IMG/VR virus record: IMGVR_UViG_3300018481_000004
Location: 1-64,000 of that record
Length of the DNA stretch: 64,000 nucleotides
Reading direction: 5' to 3' (one strand)
DNA from: a virus
A program made the translations under genes and the position numbers. Each line of letters opens with the position of its first letter. Position 1 is the first letter of the stretch. Below are positions 26,897 to 33,999 of the stretch, one piece after another. Below the pieces are notes generated by a model that saw only the letters and a program-made list of their open reading frames with translations, had not been told where the DNA came from and ran no database searches.

Positions 26897-27096
26897 CCCA
26901 AGACAGCTGTCCGAATCCGAAGAGCATGCAGGTGTCACTTTTTGAAAATCGCGAGGGCAATCACTGCGTGGTGTTGCAGGTCGACGGCGTCCGCTTGTCA
27001 ACGTGCGTGCAACGCCAAGAGCGTGGCTCGTTCAGTGAGCCCAACACGCTCAAAGCACTCGCACTGCTGATCGAGCAAGCCGAGAAGCAAGCATGA
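26893..27096 (+). CDS. Small hypothetical protein
   Basis: 67 aa. GTG start overlapping the dam stop (GTGA). Its stop overlaps the next ATG. Confidence 0.45.
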   Translation: MTQDSCPNPKSMQVSLFENREGNHCVVLQVDGVRLSTCVQRQERGSFSEPNTLKALALLIEQAEKQA

Positions 27097-27797
27097 ACGA
27101 GCCGATGATCAGCTGCATCATGCCCACAGCCGATCGGCGCGCCTTTGTTCCGCAAGCGCTGCGATGCTTCAGTCGTCAGACCTACCCAAATCGCGAGCTG
27201 ATCGTGGTGGACGATGGCATCGACGGCGTCAGCGATCTGTGCGTGGGCATTGCGAACGTGCGTTACACGGTCCTGCACGGAAAACACTCGGTCGGCGAGA
27301 AGCGAAACATCGCTTGCGAGCAGGCAAACGGCGAATTCGTCGCCCATTGGGACGACGACGACTGGCACCACCCGGAACGTCTCGAGTCGCAGCTCGCCGC
27401 GTTGTGTAGCTCGGCGGCAAACGTCTGCGGTCAAGACAACGTTCTATACTTTGACGTCGATAGTCGCCAGGCCTGGCGCTACCAGTACCCGCCACACGTG
27501 CAGCACAAGCCAGGCTGGGTCGCCGGCAACACGTTCTTCTATTGGCGCGACTACTGGAGCGCCAACCGCTTCCTACGCGTCTCGTGTGGCGAAGACACGC
27601 GATTTCTGTGGGATGCCCCGCGCGCGCTCGTGGAAGTCTCGAACACAGACCATGTCGTCGGGATCATTCACACGAGGAATGTCGCGCCGAAGCTGCCACA
27701 CAAGTTCCCGGGCCAATGGATTCCGGTCGAGCAGCGCCTGGTTGAAGTGGCTGTGGGCAACGACATGCAGTTTTACCACGACTTTGGCCGCGGTTGA
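27093..27797 (+). CDS. Family 2 glycosyltransferase
   Basis: ISCIMPTADRRAFVPQALRCFSRQTYPNRELIVVDDG, GEKRN and HWDDDDW (DxD) are typical of GT-A/GT2. Confidence 0.8.
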   Translation: MNEPMISCIMPTADRRAFVPQALRCFSRQTYPNRELIVVDDGIDGVSDLCVGIANVRYTVLHGKHSVGEKRNIACEQANGEFVAHWDDDDWHHPERLESQLAALCSSAANVCGQDNVLYFDVDSRQAWRYQYPPHVQHKPGWVAGNTFFYWRDYWSANRFLRVSCGEDTRFLWDAPRALVEVSNTDHVVGIIHTRNVAPKLPHKFPGQWIPVEQRLVEVAVGNDMQFYHDFGRG

Positions 27798-27815
27798 TTC
27801 CTCAGGAGTACCGTC

Positions 27816-28334
27816 ATGCAGCAGTCGGGCAACAAGACGATTCGACAGCTCACAGCAGCCGACCGAAACAAGCTCTTCGGCAAGTTCGCGTTCGAGCCTG
27901 CACCCACCAAAGACAGTCCCGAGCGCATCAAAGTCACCGACTCCTGGGCGCGCGACAACCTGGTCAAGGTGGAGATGCCCTGGCCCATCGTTGCAGGCGT
28001 CAAGACGGCCTGGTTTCATGTGAAGGTCGCGGACCGCTTTCTCGAGCTGCTCAACGAGTGGCAGGCCAAAGAGGTCGCCGCCGACATCCTCACCTGGAAC
28101 GGCAGCTACGCAGCGCGCTTCATCCGTGGCAGCACGACCAGCCTGTCTGCGCACGCCTGGGGGTCTGCGTTCGACATCAACGTGCCGTGGAACCGGCTCA
28201 ACCACCCCGCTGCACTCGAAGGCATGCGGGGTTCGGTGATGCGCCTCGTGCCGATCGCAGAACGTCACGGTTGGGTGTGGGGCGGACGTTTCGCACGCTG
28301 CGATGGGCAGCACTTCGAGGTCGGCAAGCTCTAG
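27816..28334 (+). CDS. Peptidase M15 (VanY / L-Ala-D-Glu peptidase-like), probable endolysin
   Basis: SAHAWGSAFDIN (H-x6-D) and DGQHFE (third zinc ligand) are the M15 zinc-peptidase signature. Confidence 0.8.
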   Translation: MQQSGNKTIRQLTAADRNKLFGKFAFEPAPTKDSPERIKVTDSWARDNLVKVEMPWPIVAGVKTAWFHVKVADRFLELLNEWQAKEVAADILTWNGSYAARFIRGSTTSLSAHAWGSAFDINVPWNRLNHPAALEGMRGSVMRLVPIAERHGWVWGGRFARCDGQHFEVGKL

Positions 28335-28978
28335 TCGGAGAGGAAGCCGTAGAGCGAGATCGGTCCGCCGTCCACGCTGTCGATGTCGATCTCAATGCGT
28401 CCCGGACCAAACAGTGGCATGCGATCAAAGACCTGCACGAAGCCGTTGTCAGGCTGGGCGGACCCGAGATTCGGTCCTTCGAACCTAAGGGCAAGAACGT
28501 CCGCAGGCTCGTCGGGCGCGAACCGCAGTGTGCACTTGCTTGAGACATCTGGCGAGTGGAGGAACAACGACAGGTTCACGGATGACTCGATGCGGCAGAC
28601 GCGGGCCGTGCCTTTTTCTTCGAACACCTGTGTTGCGAGGGGAATGAAGAAGGTGGGCTCGTCTGGTCCTTCGAGCTCCAAGTGGCCTGTGAACGTTGTC
28701 GAAAAAACAAGCGGAAAGGCGTTGAGCAGAACGGCGACGGGTCCACGCACGGGCAAGCGTTCGAACACAGGCTCGAAGGGAACGCTGGGGAAAGTGATGA
28801 TCGGACCGTCATCTCGATCATCGACAATGCGAATGCTCTTCGTCCCCGTGCTGCGACCGTGGTGCCGTAACGTCAGGAAGTAGAGAATGTCCTCGGTCCC
28901 TTCGACTGCGTTTCGTAGATCGAGGACGGGTCGAAAGGTGCTCAGCGAAAAACCATAGGTCTGCAACGGGATGCGCAT
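28331..28978 (-). CDS. Orphan paralog A of a three-gene family
   Basis: 215 aa. Shares LRF(Y/E), P(M/L)(R/F)GPGRIE and a C-terminal YG(F/T) motif with 28994..29668 and 29665..30372. Its stop overlaps the convergent M15 gene stop. Confidence 0.65.
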   Translation of the reverse strand: MRIPLQTYGFSLSTFRPVLDLRNAVEGTEDILYFLTLRHHGRSTGTKSIRIVDDRDDGPIITFPSVPFEPVFERLPVRGPVAVLLNAFPLVFSTTFTGHLELEGPDEPTFFIPLATQVFEEKGTARVCRIESSVNLSLFLHSPDVSSKCTLRFAPDEPADVLALRFEGPNLGSAQPDNGFVQVFDRMPLFGPGRIEIDIDSVDGGPISLYGFLSD

Positions 28979-28993
28979 CGGATGGTCTTCCTT

Positions 28994-29668
28994 TCAGCGT
29001 CGAATGACGGTGCCGTACGCGAAGGACGTGCACTGATCTGTGCCCGTCCAAGCTGCTTCGATGCGGCCCGGTCCACGCATCGGGACGCCGTCGAGCACGG
29101 GGTATGCGACCTGCGGTCCGCGAACGACGAGCGATGCGTACGTGTCTGTGGTGTCGTAAAAGCGCAGTTCGATCTGCTGCTCCACAACCTCCTCAACGGC
29201 ATCGGTCATGTCCACGATCAGGCTTACTTCGTGAACTTCCTCGGTCAGAACGTGGAGGGTCTCGATCGCCTCTGTACGCAGCTCACCCTCGGCATCCTCG
29301 GACAGGAGCACACCGCGTGGGTTCGATGCGAAGAATGCGCTCGGTGTTTGCGCACGAAGGCCCGGCTCCAGCTCGGACCACCCAAAGCAGTGAACAGAGG
29401 GTGCAGTGGTGACGCGCAACGCGGAACCCGGCAGAAGAGGCAGGCGGCGCAGCACCGTGAACGGTCCACCGCTTGGCAAGTCGATGGAAAGTAGGGGGGT
29501 AACCTCCTCTCCTTCCAGGGCGAGTGCCAGGTTTGCCGGGGCCTCCTCATTGTTCACGGCGATCAACGTGATGTAGCGAGGAAGAACGTCTTGGCTTGCA
29601 TTTCGCAGATCCTGCACGAGACGCGAACCTGAAAACGGATGACCGTTGTCCGTCAGCAGCATCTTCAT
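28994..29668 (-). CDS. Orphan paralog B of a three-gene family
   Basis: 224 aa with ELRFYD..VPMRGPGRIEAAW..YGTVIRR. The N-terminal DLRNA motif is shared with paralog A. Confidence 0.65.
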   Translation of the reverse strand: MKMLLTDNGHPFSGSRLVQDLRNASQDVLPRYITLIAVNNEEAPANLALALEGEEVTPLLSIDLPSGGPFTVLRRLPLLPGSALRVTTAPSVHCFGWSELEPGLRAQTPSAFFASNPRGVLLSEDAEGELRTEAIETLHVLTEEVHEVSLIVDMTDAVEEVVEQQIELRFYDTTDTYASLVVRGPQVAYPVLDGVPMRGPGRIEAAWTGTDQCTSFAYGTVIRR

Positions 29669-30372
29669 CGGAGCACCGTCCCAAGCACGAGGGCCATCTT
29701 GTCATCGTCTCCGCCGGTCGCCACGACGGTGATACGCCCTGGCCCGCGCATTGGATGTCGATCGAGCAAGAGACCGCGCACAGGCTTGTTCACATCCTTG
29801 TACGACGTCGCGACTGTCTCGAAGAGAGCCTGGCCGTTCTGGTAGCGCCCATCGTAAAACCGCAGCTCGACATCGAGAGCTGGTTTCAGCACGACGAGCT
29901 GCAACGAGACGAGATCGACATAATCATCGGCGAGCCGATGGACTTCAGTCTCTGGATCCCCGACACCGATGCTCAACAAGGGCGTCAAAAAAGGCGCCAT
30001 GGGTTTCTGTGTAATGAACGGCCGATCTGGAACACGCACGTCCACGTCGTCAATTTCGACGTGACCCCATGCGCGATACATCGGAAAAGGACGAGAGGAC
30101 GAGACGCTGACCGAGTTGCCTTCGCCGGAGATGGGGTAGTCGAGCAGCAGCGTTTGGGGTGCATACTGATTGGGGACGACACTCACGCTGCCGAGCTCAT
30201 ACGTCTTGACGCCCGCGATGGTCACGGTTCGCCGCACGTCGAGCCGGTCGGACTCCTCGCTGTCGATGGTTCGCGCAAACATCGACACGCGAAAGAGGGT
30301 GTCGCCGGCACCCTTCGGGACTTGGAAGTGTAGCGAGGTGGACGGGAATCCTCGTCCGATAGGCATGCGCAT
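29665..30372 (-). CDS. Orphan paralog C of a three-gene family
   Basis: 235 aa with ELRFYD..HPMRGPGRITVVA..LGTVLR. ATGA overlap with paralog B. The GAGTTTGAGAAGG and TGAAACTCAGAGG boxes lie upstream. Confidence 0.65.
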   Translation of the reverse strand: MRMPIGRGFPSTSLHFQVPKGAGDTLFRVSMFARTIDSEESDRLDVRRTVTIAGVKTYELGSVSVVPNQYAPQTLLLDYPISGEGNSVSVSSSRPFPMYRAWGHVEIDDVDVRVPDRPFITQKPMAPFLTPLLSIGVGDPETEVHRLADDYVDLVSLQLVVLKPALDVELRFYDGRYQNGQALFETVATSYKDVNKPVRGLLLDRHPMRGPGRITVVATGGDDDKMALVLGTVLR

Positions 30373-30449
30373 ATTGTGCGACCTCTGAGTTTCAAAACGA
30401 TACGCGGGCTTGCTCTCGAACTCCAGATCGGATTAGCCTTCTCAAACTC

Positions 30450-30587
30450 ATGCCCAACCGCTTCTACGCCGTCTTCGGCATCTGCGTGCGCAAGGGCGGC
30501 ACGAAGAAGAAGTGCTACGTGAAAGCGATGGACGCGGTGAAGAGCAAGGCACGTCGCAAGCGACGTCGATCGCGCCGCCGCGGCTGA
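30450..30587 (+). CDS. Possible 45-aa highly basic peptide
   Basis: My translation is MPNRFYAVFGICVRKGGTKKKCYVKAMDAVKSKARRKRRRSRRRG. No clear SD, and it is below the ORF-track size cutoff. Confidence 0.25.
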   Translation: MPNRFYAVFGICVRKGGTKKKCYVKAMDAVKSKARRKRRRSRRRG

Positions 30588-30690
30588 ATCTGACCCTCGA
30601 TAGGGACGTCACTCGCTCCGATCAAAGACCCTCGCGCAATCCACCAATTTCTGGTGCAATTGCAGATGGGTTTTTGCTGCGGGGAATGAC

Positions 30691-31770
30691 GTGAAACGGA
30701 ATGCTTTGGCTTACATGATGGTGCTGCTTGCGGCATGTGGTTCTACAGAATCGAGTGATGACGGACCCTCCGAGAGAGACGGAGGTGAGCAGGGCGCAGA
30801 AGACGCCCAGGTAGACGCACAGGTGGACGCATCCGTTGTCCTCGACGCGTCCTCAGACGGGGCAGCGACAACAGATGGGCGCATCCTTCCGGTGGATGCC
30901 GGTGTGGTGACGGACAGCGCGGCGCCGAGCGCACGCCTCACGGCCAGCAAAGTCAGCGTGGGTGCCGGGCAGACCTGCGCGGTGACCTCGGACAAGCGGA
31001 TAGCGTGTTGGTCCATTGCGATGTCGCAGGCGCATGTCTTCTCGGAGCTGACAAACGTCAGCGGCCTGTCGATGGGCTCGAATTACGGTTGTGCCATCGC
31101 TGCGGGCGCGGCGCAGTGTTGGGGCAAGGACGGCCGCGTACTCAACAAGCCCACCGGATCCGAGACGCCTGTGATCTCACTTGCCGGCGCGACCGCTGTT
31201 TCGGCTGGTGTGACCTTCACGTGCGCCATCGCGGGGGGTGCACGATGCTGGGGTACATTCACCATGGGCAACCCTGACGTCAAACAGGTCGACGTCGGCG
31301 GCTCTACGGTGTGCGGCGTGACGGCCGGCGGCCGGCTCGACTGTTGGGGCAGCGATGCCCCGAATTCCCCGCCAACGCAGGTGCTCCCCGCAGACGTCGC
31401 GCAGGTCTCCTGTGGCTTAGGGCACTGCTGCCTCGTGGCGACCACAGGCGAGACTGGATGCTGGGGCTTCAACGAGACCGGTCAGATCGGGCAGAAGCCT
31501 ACGAGGACGCCCACAACCGGGCCGGCGATAATCGAGGGCCTGCCCAGCGTCTCGCGCGTGAGCGCGGGCGCCGAGCATTCGTGCGCGCTCACGCCGAATG
31601 GCGAGGTGTGGTGTTGGGGCGTGAGCTACGGCTTCAAGCCCGTGAAGGTCGAGCTCGGGCAGGGTGCAACCGAAGTTGACGCGGGGGATGGCTACAGCTG
31701 CGCGGTGCTCGCGGACCAGAGCGTCAAGTGCTGGGTGCCCGGCGGCGCGGCGACGACGATCCAAATCTAA
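30691..31770 (+). CDS. RCC1-repeat (beta-propeller) lipoprotein
   Basis: Lipobox MKRNALAYMMVLLAACGS. Repeated G..H/T.CA....G...CWG units run through the protein. GTG start. Confidence 0.8.
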   Translation: MKRNALAYMMVLLAACGSTESSDDGPSERDGGEQGAEDAQVDAQVDASVVLDASSDGAATTDGRILPVDAGVVTDSAAPSARLTASKVSVGAGQTCAVTSDKRIACWSIAMSQAHVFSELTNVSGLSMGSNYGCAIAAGAAQCWGKDGRVLNKPTGSETPVISLAGATAVSAGVTFTCAIAGGARCWGTFTMGNPDVKQVDVGGSTVCGVTAGGRLDCWGSDAPNSPPTQVLPADVAQVSCGLGHCCLVATTGETGCWGFNETGQIGQKPTRTPTTGPAIIEGLPSVSRVSAGAEHSCALTPNGEVWCWGVSYGFKPVKVELGQGATEVDAGDGYSCAVLADQSVKCWVPGGAATTIQI

Positions 31771-31811
31771 GCCAAGGCTCGCCCGTGTCAGGTGGTGCCT
31801 CGCGATAGCCC

Positions 31812-31850
31812 TTGACTCGTCGCCATGCATTACCCAATATCACCCAATAT
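31812..31850 (+). promoter_or_regulatory. Sigma-70-like promoter plus tandem ACCCAATAT repeat upstream of the TA pair
   Basis: TTGACT (31812-31817), a 17-nt spacer and CAATAT (31835-31840). ACCCAATAT occurs at 31832-31840 and 31842-31850. The ATG at 31853 has no SD, so the mRNA is near-leaderless. Confidence 0.45.
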
Positions 31851-31852
31851 AG

Positions 31853-32104
31853 ATGCGCGTCCTACTCGCACCTGAAGCCGCCCCCGACGTGGAAAACCTG
31901 CCGGTGGTGATCAAAGCGCGATTCGCGGCTGTCGTCGCACGACTCGAAGCCTGGCCCAACGTATCAGGTGCCAAACCTCTGCGCGGGGAGTGGAAAGGCC
32001 ACTACCGCATTCGCATCGGGGACTGGCGCGTGATCTTCAAGCCGGTGCGCCCTGACTTGATCGTGGTGCGCGTGGCGAATCGTCGAGACGTCTACGAGGA
32101 GTGA
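31853..32104 (+). CDS. RelE/ParE-family toxin
   Basis: 83 aa. LRGEWKGHYRIRIGDWRVIFKPVRPDLIVVRVANRRDVY is the classic RelE/ParE C-terminal pattern. Confidence 0.8.
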   Translation: MRVLLAPEAAPDVENLPVVIKARFAAVVARLEAWPNVSGAKPLRGEWKGHYRIRIGDWRVIFKPVRPDLIVVRVANRRDVYEE

Positions 32105-32472
32105 AAGCTATGCCTAAGCCCAAAGTTGCCGTTGCCGGAGCCCTTACCGTAGGCGGCGTGGACTACGTCATCATCCCAAAGACTGACTACCTGCGCATGC
32201 AGGACTCGAAGCTCGGCGTGGACGCGCAGGCGTTTGTCCAGGACTCCATTGCGAAGGACCTGCGCACGGCACGCGAGAGCGTGGGTCTAACCCAGGCTGA
32301 GCTCGCTATGCGCCTGCACAAGAGCCAGACGATGGTGAGCCAAGCGGAGTCGGGTACCACGCGCGTGTCGGAGCGATACGTCCGTAGCGCGTTGGCAGCG
32401 TGCGGGCTGCCGGATACCTGGAGCGCGAAGGATGTGCGATCGAAGAAGCGAAGCGCGCGCAAGACGGGGTGA
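32101..32472 (+). CDS. XRE-family HTH antitoxin (HigA-like gene order)
   Basis: LRTARESVGLTQAELAMRLHKSQTMVSQAESG is an XRE HTH. It overlaps the toxin stop, and the toxin-first order resembles HigBA. Confidence 0.75.
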   Translation: MKAMPKPKVAVAGALTVGGVDYVIIPKTDYLRMQDSKLGVDAQAFVQDSIAKDLRTARESVGLTQAELAMRLHKSQTMVSQAESGTTRVSERYVRSALAACGLPDTWSAKDVRSKKRSARKTG

Positions 32473-32475
32473 CCG

Positions 32476-32721
32476 CTACGATGCCGGTCCTGATACCCCG
32501 AACGCCGCTGCAACGAGACCCGCGACCGGTCTCTCGAGCTTGCCGAACTTCGTGGCAAGCCTGACACAGACCTCGCCCTGCTTGTTCACGTACGTCTTGA
32601 TCACGTGCGGCTCGCGCCGCAGATTGACGCCAATGCTCGTCAGCCACGAACGTACACGACCCCGGTCGCTGACGTCGTAGCCGCGAAACCCGTCGACGGG
32701 CAGCCAGCGCTCTTCGGGCAT
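32476..32721 (-). CDS. NUMOD4-motif protein (no HNH domain)
   Basis: ATG at 32721 shares one base with the upstream stop (TGATG). MPEERWLPVDGFRGYDVSDRGRVRSW is a NUMOD4 signature. 81 aa. Confidence 0.6.
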   Translation of the reverse strand: MPEERWLPVDGFRGYDVSDRGRVRSWLTSIGVNLRREPHVIKTYVNKQGEVCVRLATKFGKLERPVAGLVAAAFGVSGPAS

Positions 32722-33110
32722 CAGGCCACAGCACGCGGCCCGTCTGTGCTCTTGTCGGCGTCGGCGCCCACCAAACCGTGCTCGCGTTCGAGCTCGATGG
32801 CGTGGCGGTCGCAAACGCGCGCCTCCGCCTCGGCGCCGGCCTCTCGATGCTGCAGGGCCAGCGTACGCCACACCCGCGCCTCACAGCGCGCAACAGCCTT
32901 GCGGTCTTGTCGCTGGTTTTCAAACCACACGCCTACCAGGGCAGGTGCGTTCTCGAGGAGCAGAGCGCGAATGCGGTCGAAGGGATCGGGCGGCAGCGGC
33001 TCGCCTGCTTCGCGCAGCTCCTTCTCGATCTCCCGTATTTGACGTTGCCCGCGCAAGAACAGGAGCGCTCCCGAGGTGACCACGATGAATCGCAATGCTG
33101 AGTCGATCAT
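32721..33110 (-). CDS. Hypothetical protein with N-terminal TM segment
   Basis: 129 aa, MIDSALRFIVVTSGALLFL... Confidence 0.5.
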   Translation of the reverse strand: MIDSALRFIVVTSGALLFLRGQRQIREIEKELREAGEPLPPDPFDRIRALLLENAPALVGVWFENQRQDRKAVARCEARVWRTLALQHREAGAEAEARVCDRHAIELEREHGLVGADADKSTDGPRAVA

Positions 33111-33334
33111 TTGGAGTTCTCCGTGTCTTCATCGTCATCGTCATCGTCATCGTCTTCGTCTTCGTCATCGTAGACGTCGATGCCGTCTTCCTTTTCGTCG
33201 AGCACCTGTTCGAGCAGATGCTTCAGCGCGACGCCGAGAGGACTGTCGAGTGCAGCGTCGCGCGCGGCCTCGAGAGTGCGCGCTTCGCTGGCCGTGAGGG
33301 CAGCACAGATATGCACGTCGTTGTCGTCAGTCAT
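33107..33334 (-). CDS. Small acidic protein with poly-Asp/Glu tail
   Basis: ATG at 33334. 75 aa ending DVYDDEDEDDDDDDDDEDTENSK, encoded by a (GAC/GAT) microsatellite at about 33125-33172. Confidence 0.55.
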   Translation of the reverse strand: MTDDNDVHICAALTASEARTLEAARDAALDSPLGVALKHLLEQVLDEKEDGIDVYDDEDEDDDDDDDDEDTENSK

Positions 33335-33495
33335 GACAGCACGACCGGCGTGCGAAGCGGATCGAGATCGCGCTTGGCCTGCGCAATGATCTCGGCCGCG
33401 GTGAGCGGTCGATTCCTCTGCACGAGGTAAACGGCGAGTGTGGCGACGCCCAGAGCGCCGGCTGCGTAGGCGAGGTCGCGGGAGTCTTTGGTCAT
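33331..33495 (-). CDS. Small single-pass membrane protein
   Basis: ATG at 33495. 54 aa, MTKDSRDLAYAAGALGVATLAVYLV... ATGA overlap with the next gene. Confidence 0.45.
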   Translation of the reverse strand: MTKDSRDLAYAAGALGVATLAVYLVQRNRPLTAAEIIAQAKRDLDPLRTPVVLS

Positions 33496-33818
33496 CGGTG
33501 CCCTCGAGCCTATCCAAACCGTTCGGTCGAGACAACCTCGGGTTCCTGGTCGAATTCTGATTTTTGATTGCGCCGTGCCCTTTTGCCGCGAAAACAGCGG
33601 CAAACCGCTTCGAAGCCAAAATGCCGCCCTCGAATCAGCCCACCACAGCTGTCACAGCGCTGGTTTCCTTGCTCCATCGATGCACATCCCCTTGTGGTGG
33701 AGCCATGTAGGCAGCCACGAGTTTGAGATCGGAGCTTGCGTAAAACAGCGGGCTCTGGCAACGGTTTCAGCTCTTCATTCGATTTTGACATCGATCGCAG
33801 ACGGGACTAAAAACCGAG

Positions 33819-33835
33819 AGTCAAAATGAGATCTC
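33819..33835 (+). promoter_or_regulatory. AAAATGAGATCTC box upstream of the primase-helicase gene
   Basis: AGTCAAAATGAGATCTC. The GAGATCTC palindrome also follows the box at 43917. Confidence 0.35.
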
Positions 33836-33999
33836 ACCCCGCCGAACCGGGGCGCGACCTCTGGAGCTGCTGGGGCCAAGAGAGCGGTTATGCGCCGCGC
33901 TCGAGTGAGCTGCTCGTCTGAAGTGTACGAGTGATCGTGTCGGTCGTCTAGTGACTGACACGCGTGGCGAAGCCTTGCTCCGAGGGAGAGGGAAAGCAC

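Noticed and set aside
33510-33791. 93-aa minus ORF with CDSCGG..CRCF in the primase-upstream intergenic region
   Set aside because: It has no SD, low GC3 relative to neighbouring genes and an atypical CxC second knuckle. It lies in a region with hairpins and regulatory boxes. A small zinc-ribbon gene cannot be excluded.
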